Shown piece by piece: positions 54,747 through 64,000 of a stretch of DNA of 64,000 nucleotides (the stretch's first letter is position 1; each line of letters starts with the position of its first letter). Under the pieces are notes generated by a model, which did no database searches, was not told where the DNA came from, and worked only from the letters and a program-made list of their open reading frames with translations. This DNA comes from Paraphysomonas bandaiensis (taxonomy: Eukaryota; Protista; Chrysophyceae). The position numbers and the translations under genes were made by a program. The stretch spans positions 1-64,000 of the forward strand of contig CBFFRP010000427.1 in the NCBI GenBank assembly GCA_965644295.1, given 5' to 3'.

Positions 54747-55854
54747 TGTAAACAACTCAGGTCTTGCAACCTAAGATCACTGAAAAGATATGTGAAATGG
54801 TTGTTTATCGAAACAACAAAACAGAATGCTTATTTAACTTATCACAGCCAGCAATACAAGCTCCCAAGTATCTCGCAACCTTAAGCTCCCAAAAGGTAGA
54901 TCAATTAACTTAGCTATGATTAGTTAGATAAAAAAGAAGTGAGAAGACAGATTCCTAGTCTAAGACCCCCATAGTACACATGTCAAGCAAACAACCAGCA
55001 CCGTTCAATAAATATGACCATACATGCAGTACACTGAATACAGTTCATGTCCCATGTCCATTGTACACAAAATGCGAACTGAAATAAGCCTAGAAAACGT
55101 CCTCACAGAAAACCGCCAGTTTACTGGTCCCGAAAAAACCAAAATCCCCGATTTCGGGACCGAAAACCCCAAAACCACCGGTTTTGGAATCTTACTGTAA
55201 AATCTCCGATTTCTGAGCTACAAAGACCCCAAAACAACCAATTCCCGAGTCTTGCAAGAAATCACCAATTATAGAGTCCCCCCCAAAAAAAAACACTAGT
55301 TTTCGAGTCACTAAAAATTCGCCAGCTCATTTCATGATAAACTCAATCTCATTCCAAACGTTAAATGCATTAACACATATCGATTTCGATTAACATTCCC
55401 AACGAAAGTTACACCTTCATATCTGTATCATATATCACCCATACCGTCCTCTCGCCATATGCCTAAGGCCCCTTTCCAATTTGTGCACCTTCCGGAGAAA
55501 ATTGATGGAGTGTGATAACAGCAAATAGTCGTATAGCTGAGTCCAACGAGCTACTTAAATCGCTATAACACCGACACCGACTACCATATGAATATAGGTG
55601 TATACCAGTGAGTAGAAATCCATTGCTCAAAACCGAAATTGTGTGCTCGAGGGCAAGTCCTAGTACTCTTCTTCCTCACAGTTCTCTCATAATATAATAA
55701 TAAACATTTACTACATTCGTTTCCTATATTAAACCAGCTACATGCCTTAAATGAATATCATAGTTGTATTGGAATTATATTAGTCAGTGTCATTATCATA
55801 ATATTATATCATTAAACATGAGACAAGGGTGTTATAAAAGCCCACGGCTTTACA
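54747..55854 (-). repeat. gypsy 3' LTR (1108 bp)
   Basis: Direct repeat of 61353-62407 with 60 bp extra; preceded by the PPT on the minus strand. Confidence 0.96.
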
Positions 55855-55885
55855 TTACCCTTTCTCCCCCCTCCGGATGCCGTAG

Positions 55886-58800
55886 CTACTCCTGAATAAT
55901 TTTGGGATAAGCCGCAGCCAGCGACGCATCAACCAAAATCATGCGAGTAGGGTCAAAATCCTTCTGGGATCCCCAACAGTAAACCAAATAGTTGTCGAAC
56001 GCATAGTTGGCACCGTTAAGGTTAAATTGAGCGCTAATCTTACGTCTAGAATTCTTATGATACCAATGGGTATACGTAAATTCCATGACATACGAAGCTG
56101 TTGCAAAATCTGGTAAACCCAGACTCTCGTACCACAGGTCACCGTAGAACCTGAGATCAACATAAACAACATCTCCAACCGATACTGTTGTGATGCTCTC
56201 CTTCCTCATTGAAGAGATAAAACGCTTCGCCGTAAACGAGTCATACGCAAGATGCCGCAAGTAAGGCCTAGACTCGCAGAAAACATAATATGCTTCACAC
56301 TGAATATCCGGTGTCCATGGAATGTCCAAGATATCGCCGTCCGCATACTTCACCTTGAAGACCATCGTAGATTTAGTTCGTGAATCTCCCGTATATGAAA
56401 GAATCTCCTCCACCTTAAATTGCTCATGGTCTCGCATTGCCGCTTCGATAGCGGATTCCTTATCTCCGAAAAATGGCTCAAGATCAGAGACAGAGTATTC
56501 CCGAATTCCCCCGGTAAGAAGATTTCGAATTTGAACATCATTCTTGTATTGCCGTACCACTTCGAAAGGACCCTTCATCCTCGAGGATAATTTCGGATGT
56601 GGTTTAGCACCAGCGTCGAACATAACAAAATCGCCTGGACAATACTGGTTTTGTTTGGCAGGATCCAAACCCGCTTCCGCTCGTTTCTCGACTAGAGACT
56701 TCTGGTAGTCTGCTGATATCTGACGAACAAGAGCTAAGTAATCGTTCAGCCTTTTCAACAGCTGATGAGACGGATCATTGTCTCTCCCTTGGGCAGCCAA
56801 AAGATTCTTATAGATAGAATCCTGGGACCCAAACGTCAGTTCGAATGCAGAATACCCCGTCTCACTACTCTCATGGGTATTCAGAATGAACATGATAGTA
56901 GCAAGTAACAGTTCGTCCTCTAAAACAGCATCAGCTTCGATTCTCTTATCAAAACAAATAGCCCGGATGTGACGAACCACTTCCTTAATAATACGCTCAC
57001 ATCCGTTGACGTGCCTGTTGGCAATACTAAAAACATGACGAAGTCCTGACAACTTAACCAGTTCTGCGAAAAGTTCTGATTTGAGATCCGGACCCATATC
57101 TGATATAATCATATCCGTGAGCCCATATGTACACCAGCACTTCCACACTGCTGTAGCCAAATTGATAGCTGTCATTCCTTTCACCGCATATAGGTACACC
57201 AATTTCGTAAACAAATTAACCATGACCACAATATGCGTGTAACCAGATTTAGAAACAGGTGTAATAGCAACCGCGTCAATTCCCAGTGCACTCCTTGAAT
57301 GAGGCGGTTTTAAATGTCTAGTGATAGGAATCAATCGCTGCTTCAGCTCTCGCCTATTCTTCTGACAGTTGATACATTCGTCCACGAAGTCTGCAACCAC
57401 CTTGAAAGGCACGCCGTGTCCCGGAAATTGCCTACACAGACGTTTCCACGTCTCTTTCGCACCCCAGTGTCCTGCTTGCGCGTTGTGAACCTCTTTGATA
57501 GCCTGGTAATAATCTATCCTCTGTACCTCCGTAGGCGGCGCGATCTCTTGAACGTCGTCCTCAAAATCGTCTTTTTCAAAGATGTTATGCAGTGTCACGA
57601 AGTTCACTTCATCTGAGTCGAAATCGTCACTTTCGTCCACAAATCCGGACAAATACAGCAATCTTGACAAGCAATCCGCAACCACATTGTTCTTCCCTGG
57701 GATATGACGAATCAAAAAGTCAAAATCCTGCAAATAAATTCTCCATCGAATTATCTTCGCAACTTCTGATGCCTCCATCCACACAAGGTTGTTGTGGTCC
57801 GTCTCGATTGTAAATTTCTTTCCTCTCAGATAAAACGAAAATTTCTTGACTGAATAGAATATACCAAAACCCTCCTTCTCAATAGTACACCACTTCAAAG
57901 CTTGCTCTGACAATTTCTTGGAACAGATAGCAATAGTTTGCTGTTGAATCGGACTAGACCCAGTTCCCTCAACAGTCTGGAAAAGAATGCCTGCCACTCC
58001 ATAGTCACTGGCATCTGTCCTAAGTGTCCACTCAAGATCATAATTCGGATAAAACAAAGCACAAGACTGTTGCAAACCACTCTTATATTTTTCAAACTCT
58101 TGCCTATAATCATGCTGCCATGTCGTTTCTTCCCAATTAAAACTACTCTTAGTCATATCCGTAAGATGTTTAACCAAATCTGAGTAATTCTGAACAAATG
58201 GAGCAAAGAATACTCCCATACCCAACAAAGATCTAATCTTCTTACATCTATTTCCATTCTCTGGAAAAGGAATCTTCAATAAAGCTTCTTTCCTATCGTC
58301 CGTGAGCTCGAAACTATTGTGCCTTACCAAATAGCCAAAAAACTTGATCTCCCTAAATCCTAACCAGGTCTTTGCAAATTTCAACACAACTCCATGTTCA
58401 ATGCATCTATCCAGGAAAATCTCCAGCTTCTTATACGCATCATCAAAATCATGTGCCAATAACAGAACATTATCAAATATACACAGCGCCCATTCCAGAT
58501 CTCCAAACAATTTGACTACCGCTTCTTGCAACACACTAATCCCTGGAGACACTCCCTCCGGAAGGAATAAAGGCTGAAATTGGCCCCACGGTGTTTGAAC
58601 TGACAATTTTTCAGATGTGTTCTCATGCAACCTGATCTGATGGAACGCATTCGTGAGGTCAATGTCCATAAATATCTTATAGCCAATAATACGATCCAAC
58701 TCATGTCTTACATTAGGAACTGTATAGTGTGGACTTGGAATGTACTTGTTGATTTGCACGTAATCCCCACAAATCCTAATAAAAGGTTTCGTGGCTTTTG

Positions 58801-59731
58801 GCGCGATCACCAAACAAGAAGCCCATGGCGACCTACTAGGAACATAGATGTAACCACACAGTCTCCTGAACTCCTTCTCCGCATCCTCATATAATCTAGG
58901 ATTTACGGGTCTTGCCTTCGGCTTGATCCTAGGAGGCAAATTCTCAGCGAACTTGATGTTCAACGGATCCACTCCTTTTATACCTTCCCACCGCTCTGGA
59001 ACAAATACCTCTACTCCCTTAGTCCTCAATAACTCCAGCACCGGTCGCGCTGCTGAGAACTCTGGGGACACGTGCTCACCAAACATATCCTCGAACTCGC
59101 TCAAAGCTTCCTCTCTAGTCTTTCCAAGAAAACTTGAGGCAAATCCGAACTGCGAAGGATCCGGAACATCCAATTCTTCAGGTGCTACCTCCCTACTACT
59201 GTCACACCACGGCTGCAATAATTCTTCAACCGCATTCAACAACAAATCATCCTCGGTAACATCGTCCTCACGCCTTTTAATAAAACTTACTTCTGATTCA
59301 ATTCGTTCAATAGTCCTTCCTTTAAGCATAAATAGAAAATAACCCCATAGATCCTTAACGATAGCCGGAAGTCCAATGATAATATCGTTGCTACCCATAT
59401 CAGCAACAATGAAATCCCCTTCATATAACACGAACTCTCCCTTGGAGTCTTCTCTTTCAAACCTCAATTTTAATTTCACTACAAAACTACACTTCATTCT
59501 CGACGTTTTATCGGCAAATCCTATAACTGTTTCTTTTTTTATGACTTTGTTTTCACACACATGATTTCCAAACGTCTCAAACAAATCCTTGGAGATGAAG
59601 TTAGATGTCAGGGCTCCAGTGTCGAACAATATTCCACGCACAGATATTATATAGTTATCATCACATACAATGCTTCCCCCAGAATGAGCCAATGTCAAGT
59701 CTTTTCGTTCTCGCGTATGTATTACAGACAT
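55886..59731 (-). CDS. Gypsy Pol: protease, RT, RNase H, integrase, chromodomain-like region and C-terminal extension
   Basis: LFDTGA, RICGDY, DIDLTNAFHQI, IFDN, TDASD..EKEG..TDH..ADCLSR, H..GH..CINC, IDAV/SDMG/CER, GPF and FKVEEIL..FKVKYADG. Confidence 0.96.
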   Translation of the reverse strand: MSVIHTRERKDLTLAHSGGSIVCDDNYIISVRGILFDTGALTSNFISKDLFETFGNHVCENKVIKKETVIGFADKTSRMKCSFVVKLKLRFEREDSKGEFVLYEGDFIVADMGSNDIIIGLPAIVKDLWGYFLFMLKGRTIERIESEVSFIKRREDDVTEDDLLLNAVEELLQPWCDSSREVAPEELDVPDPSQFGFASSFLGKTREEALSEFEDMFGEHVSPEFSAARPVLELLRTKGVEVFVPERWEGIKGVDPLNIKFAENLPPRIKPKARPVNPRLYEDAEKEFRRLCGYIYVPSRSPWASCLVIAPKATKPFIRICGDYVQINKYIPSPHYTVPNVRHELDRIIGYKIFMDIDLTNAFHQIRLHENTSEKLSVQTPWGQFQPLFLPEGVSPGISVLQEAVVKLFGDLEWALCIFDNVLLLAHDFDDAYKKLEIFLDRCIEHGVVLKFAKTWLGFREIKFFGYLVRHNSFELTDDRKEALLKIPFPENGNRCKKIRSLLGMGVFFAPFVQNYSDLVKHLTDMTKSSFNWEETTWQHDYRQEFEKYKSGLQQSCALFYPNYDLEWTLRTDASDYGVAGILFQTVEGTGSSPIQQQTIAICSKKLSEQALKWCTIEKEGFGIFYSVKKFSFYLRGKKFTIETDHNNLVWMEASEVAKIIRWRIYLQDFDFLIRHIPGKNNVVADCLSRLLYLSGFVDESDDFDSDEVNFVTLHNIFEKDDFEDDVQEIAPPTEVQRIDYYQAIKEVHNAQAGHWGAKETWKRLCRQFPGHGVPFKVVADFVDECINCQKNRRELKQRLIPITRHLKPPHSRSALGIDAVAITPVSKSGYTHIVVMVNLFTKLVYLYAVKGMTAINLATAVWKCWCTYGLTDMIISDMGPDLKSELFAELVKLSGLRHVFSIANRHVNGCERIIKEVVRHIRAICFDKRIEADAVLEDELLLATIMFILNTHESSETGYSAFELTFGSQDSIYKNLLAAQGRDNDPSHQLLKRLNDYLALVRQISADYQKSLVEKRAEAGLDPAKQNQYCPGDFVMFDAGAKPHPKLSSRMKGPFEVVRQYKNDVQIRNLLTGGIREYSVSDLEPFFGDKESAIEAAMRDHEQFKVEEILSYTGDSRTKSTMVFKVKYADGDILDIPWTPDIQCEAYYVFCESRPYLRHLAYDSFTAKRFISSMRKESITTVSVGDVVYVDLRFYGDLWYESLGLPDFATASYVMEFTYTHWYHKNSRRKISAQFNLNGANYAFDNYLVYCWGSQKDFDPTRMILVDASLAAAYPKIIQE

Positions 59732-59831
59732 TCATCAAATTTCTGAGGAAAACTCGACTAACAGTCTCAGGATCATTCAAACCGTACAATATTTCTTCGT
59801 GATCCTGTGAACCATTAGCCTCGCACATTTG

Positions 59832-61286
59832 TCAAGTCACTCCACCAGGCCTCGGCAAAATCTTTCGCGGCCCTTTGGAATCATCTGCCATCATCTGAGA
59901 CAGCTTCTTCATCATCCATTTCCGGGTTTCCGTTGCAACTGCTCCATTATGACCCTGGACATGCTTACACTCCTTCCCTTTGTAGCAGTTCCCATACAAC
60001 GCATACGCAACACAACCACGGGTTGGATTAACAGTCTTCTCCAGGTTCATCACCTGTTCTATAGCTTCCTTATCAGACTCTGGTTCGCCGAGCAACATCT
60101 CCTCAACCTCATTCTCGAAATCATCATCTGACATCCCGTCATCCTTGACCACAACTATCGGGTCAACCTCCTTGTCATCTAAATCACTGTAGAAATCATC
60201 CTCAACTCGGTCCGCAAACTGCACGTTGTTTAAAGATTTCGGTTTCTCCTTTGCAACGTATCCATTGTCCCGATTCCTCGAACTCCTTTGAATTTGCTTC
60301 CTACTGAAATCGGACCCTTCATAAGGCACCAATCTAATGTTCTTGGACGCCTCATAATGCTCACTCGCCTTGGAAACGTATGTATCCAGAAACTCTTCAA
60401 CATTACCATAATTAGTATCCGTCACTCTTGGAATCTCCGCCAGAATTCGTTTGTTGTAAGACTCGTCGATCAACTCCAAAAATACTTGAGCAGATCCAAA
60501 CTCTTTTCCTCCAACCGGCGGACACTTAGTACTATTTGCCTCCATCATGATAGTAAACGTACGCATAAAAATACTCTTTCGCTTCAAAATCTCTTGAAAA
60601 AACAGCTCATGTGTATTCGGCCGCACTGATTTCCAATCCAGTGGCTTAAAATATCTCAGCGCGTATCGCAAAGTCTCAATGAACTCCACTTTAGACAACA
60701 CCTTGGTCTCCTTAGCCATCAGTTCACAAAACTTTTGAGCACTCAGCTTAACAAACATTTTATCCGTCAAGCTATTGTTGAACATAAGCAGGTTCCGAAC
60801 ACGCCTGCTAACTATCTGGGCTGGCTCAAGTTTAATCCCATTGATCTGTTCGTATTCAAACCATTGGATGATAAACTTTGTAAAATCGCTGAGCTCCATC
60901 GAATCCAGAAAAATATGCTTATGTGGCGGTTTTTCAACATTGATAACGACCTGTTTCCTAACCTCTATGTCATCCGAGCCTTGCGCTTCCCTAATAAACA
61001 CAGAAGTTCGCCTTTCCTTCTTTTTCTGTTTCGGATCTTCAGCAGATTCATCATCCTGCTCCTCTCGTCTGGCACCGACACTATCATTGACCTCCTGCTG
61101 AACCGCTGCCAGCTCATCCAGAAACTGTCCCTCTCCTATGGCAACCCTTGTCTCAAGGTGGTCCACCCTACCAGCGGTCGTTGCACACAACTTTGCAACC
61201 TCTCCTAACTCATTAGCGATTACTCTCAACATTCCTTTGATTTCATCCATTTCGGAAGAGACAATGGGACTGCCCGAATCAGACAT
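59832..61286 (-). CDS. Gypsy Gag-like ORF
   Basis: 484-aa ORF between the 5' LTR and pol, with a coiled-coil N-terminus and a C-terminal Cys/His finger. Confidence 0.85.
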   Translation of the reverse strand: MSDSGSPIVSSEMDEIKGMLRVIANELGEVAKLCATTAGRVDHLETRVAIGEGQFLDELAAVQQEVNDSVGARREEQDDESAEDPKQKKKERRTSVFIREAQGSDDIEVRKQVVINVEKPPHKHIFLDSMELSDFTKFIIQWFEYEQINGIKLEPAQIVSRRVRNLLMFNNSLTDKMFVKLSAQKFCELMAKETKVLSKVEFIETLRYALRYFKPLDWKSVRPNTHELFFQEILKRKSIFMRTFTIMMEANSTKCPPVGGKEFGSAQVFLELIDESYNKRILAEIPRVTDTNYGNVEEFLDTYVSKASEHYEASKNIRLVPYEGSDFSRKQIQRSSRNRDNGYVAKEKPKSLNNVQFADRVEDDFYSDLDDKEVDPIVVVKDDGMSDDDFENEVEEMLLGEPESDKEAIEQVMNLEKTVNPTRGCVAYALYGNCYKGKECKHVQGHNGAVATETRKWMMKKLSQMMADDSKGPRKILPRPGGVT

Positions 61287-61352
61287 AATTTAAAAAATCT
61301 ATTTCCTTAAAACTATTCTTCACTTATGTGATTTTATCGTGAGTAAATTTAC

Positions 61353-62407
61353 TGTAAACAACTCAGGTCTTGCAACCTAAGATCACTGAAAAGATATGTG
61401 AAATGGTTGTTTATCGAAACAACAAAACAGAATGCTTATTTAACTTATCACAGCCAGCAATACAAGCTCCCAAGTATCTCGCAACCTTAAGCTCCCAAAA
61501 GGTAGATCAATTAACTTAGCTATGATTAGTTAGATAAAAAAGAAGTGAGAAGACAGATTCCTAGTCTAAGACCCCCATAGTACACATGTCAAGCAAACAA
61601 CCAGCACCGTTCAATAAATATGACCATACATGCAGTACACTGAATACAGTTCATGTCCCATGTCCATTGTACACAAAATGCGAACTGAAATAAGCCTAGA
61701 AAACGTCCTCACAGAAAACCGCCAGTTTACTGGTCCCGAAAAAACCAAAATCCCCGATTTCGGAACCGAAAACCCCAAAACAACCAATTCCCGAGTCTTG
61801 CAAGAAATCACCAATTATAGAGTCCCAAAAAAAAAAAAAAAAATAACACTAGTTTTCGAGTCACTAAAAATTCGCCAGCTCATTTCATGATAAACTCAAT
61901 CTCATTCCAAACGTTAAATGCATTAACACATATCGATTTCGATTAACATTCCCAACGAAAGTTACACCTTCATATCTGTATCATATATCACCCATACCGT
62001 CCTCTCGCCATATGCCTAAGGCCCCTTTCCAATTTGTGCACCTTCCGGAGAAAATTGATGGAGTGTGATAACAGCAAATAGTCGTATAGCTGAGTCCAAC
62101 GAGCTACTTAAATCGCTATAACACCGACACCGACTACCATATGAATATAGGTGTATACCAGTGAGTAGAAATCCATTGCTCAAAACCGAAATTGTGTGCT
62201 CGAGGGCAAGTCCTAGTACTCTTCTTCCTCACAGTTCTCTCATAATATAATAATAAACATTTACTACATTCGTTTCCTATATTAAACCAGCTACATGCCT
62301 TAAATGAATATCATAGTTGTATTGGAATTATATTAGTCAGTGTCATTATCATAATATTATATCATTAAACATGAGACAAGGGTGTTATAAAAGCCCACGG
62401 CTTTACA
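61353..62407 (-). repeat. gypsy 5' LTR (1055 bp)
   Basis: Direct repeat of 54747-55854. Confidence 0.96.
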
Positions 62408-62411
62408 TAAC

Positions 62412-64000
62412 CTCTTCATGTTCTTATTGCTCTTTCCCATAAACTAACTGAATTTCTTGACAATATTCTTGGCATATTCTGGTTGATCTAACATGTACCA
62501 CAGTCCTCACCTCTCATGATTCTGATATTCAGAAATCGTTTGCACACCGTAGTTACAACCCTATTGAATTCAGGAAGATATACATGATATCCTACCTTAC
62601 CATCAGAGTAACCCATTAAATATCCAACTAGAGCCTTATCCTCCCAGTCCTTTCGTCGATCCGCCCTCGATGAACGTACATAAGTTCGACACCCCCATAC
62701 CCTAAGATATTTCAAATTTGGAGGCTCACCCGTTAGAAACTCTATAGGAGACATATACCCTTTATCTGTTTTCGTTGGCAATCGAATCAAAATATATCTG
62801 GCTGCCATGTATGCATCCAGCCAAAATTGCGGTGGCAGTCCAGATTGGATTAACATTGCAAGGGTCATCTCTCCAGCAGAGTTCTGAACTTCCTTTCCTC
62901 TATGGCATTTATCTCCGGAGAGTCTGTTGAGCTCCATGTATGTTTATAGCACTCCTGTGACCTAAGATACTGACGCAGCTCTTCACTGATCAACTCTCCT
63001 GCACCATCTGCATGGTAATGCTCCATCTTGAGCTTGTACCTTTTAACATCACCTTTAAACAGCTCTTTGAAGACTTCTAATACCGCTTCCCCAGTTCTGT
63101 TGACTAGACCCGTCGCCCAGAACATATACCTCTCTCCTCCTCGAGCAGGACAATTTAAGTACACAGCTATATCTGCTGAAAAATTCGGTCTAACGGAATT
63201 CTCGTCCTTCGTTCGGAAGCTGACTCGGATTATTTTAGACCTGGCACACACATCACACAGACATTGATTTTTATGTACTCTAGTCGAGAGGTGCTTGCGT
63301 TTCAACCCCGTGCCCATGATGAGCATCCTCTTGTGTGCTTCCACTAAGGCATGCTTGTTGAAGTGACCCGCTCGCCGATGCAGCAATTCAAGCTCATCCT
63401 CACCAGTCCTATCGCTTAGATTCACTTCACAATCACTCGGTGTCGACACATCTGGCTTCTCCAACAGCTGCTGAGTTGGCACTGCAGTCATTCCATTCTT
63501 CATGGGTCCCTCCAGCACCAGCTTCCCAGTTGTACTGTTATATATTTGTATACCATACCATACCGTAAATCGATAGCCCATCTCATTCAGTTTACGTCCC
63601 GAGCACAGGCATCGATTTATCTGGTCTGATATTTCAATGTCCCTCCATGCTCCACGGGAACCCACACTCGTGATCCGAATCTCTGATCCCTTTTTAGAAC
63701 CGTTAATTACCTTTGATGTACTCATATGATTATCAAGCATGGTTACATCATTCATCAAGAACATCGATGATGAACAGCAGGTGTCAATATAAGTGTAATG
63801 GATGTCATCATTCACACTACAGATATTTGTTTCATATATTTGGCATGAAAACATAACATCCTCGATCATATATATATTAGCTTCATCTTCATCAGAGAAA
63901 TCTGCTTGTTCTCCACGCCGTATATTCTCTACTGTCAGCAGCTTTTTGTCCGGCTTCCTACCATGATTCTTCCCTTTCTCTCCTCTTCTAGAATGCTTTT
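62412..64000 (-). pseudogene. copia-2 gag-pol relic (protease and integrase retained, frameshifted; most of RT and RNase H deleted)
   Basis: ORFs 62865-63869 and 62488-62937 align to copia-1. The sequence jumps from RVVT to VCKRF and from GKSNKN to the terminal codons. Confidence 0.92.

Larger units (their letters stand above)
54747..62407 (-). mobile_element. Full-length Ty3/gypsy (chromovirus-like) LTR retrotransposon
   Basis: LTRs at 54747-55854 and 61353-62407 with TGTAAA..TTTACA ends, 4-bp TSD TAAC (54743-54746 and 62408-62411), PPT GGAGGGGGGAGAAAGGG, intact gag and pol. Confidence 0.98.
53060..64000 (-). mobile_element. Decayed Ty1/copia (copia-2, sister of copia-1), interrupted by two nested insertions; continues past the window end
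   Basis: 3' LTR at 53060-53328 with PPT, 3' UTR homologous to 13893-14065, and a pol relic at 62412-64000 closely similar to the copia-1 protein. Confidence 0.93.

Noticed and set aside
55939-61208. Antisense and overlapping ORFs within the gypsy (and similar ones within the copia and host genes)
   Set aside because: Short shadows of the real reading frames with no motifs.

Overview
Eukaryotic, AT-rich genomic window with short (~45-55 nt) GT-AG introns. The gene content and retroelement style suggest a flagellated protist, probably a stramenopile (inference). Host genes: P5CS, a secreted GH1 beta-glucosidase, a TMC-family channel, a CEP192-like protein with an internal 3x270-bp tandem duplication, an RSPH1-like MORN protein, PRP4 kinase, a small MscS, an SV2/SVOP-like MFS transporter, RRN3 and a soluble-type adenylate cyclase with one in-frame stop. 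Mobile DNA: an intact, young Ty1/copia (8904-14358) and a decayed sister copia (53060 to window end, minus strand) that hosts two nested insertions. One insertion is an intact chromovirus-like Ty3/gypsy with several non-canonical traits: IFDN in place of YxDD, no tRNA PBS, a CCCH-like Gag finger, and split gag/pol. The other is a 1.2-kb member of an unclassified dispersed element family with 7 copies or fragments in the window. That family has a fixed ...GTTGAGGG end, 13-15-bp target duplications, no TIRs/LTRs/poly(A), and a spliceosomal-intron-containing coding relic on its opposite strand; it is the best candidate for something undescribed. hAT and copia relics, solo LTRs and a MITE-like element are also present. 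All calls come from manual motif reading; no searches were run.
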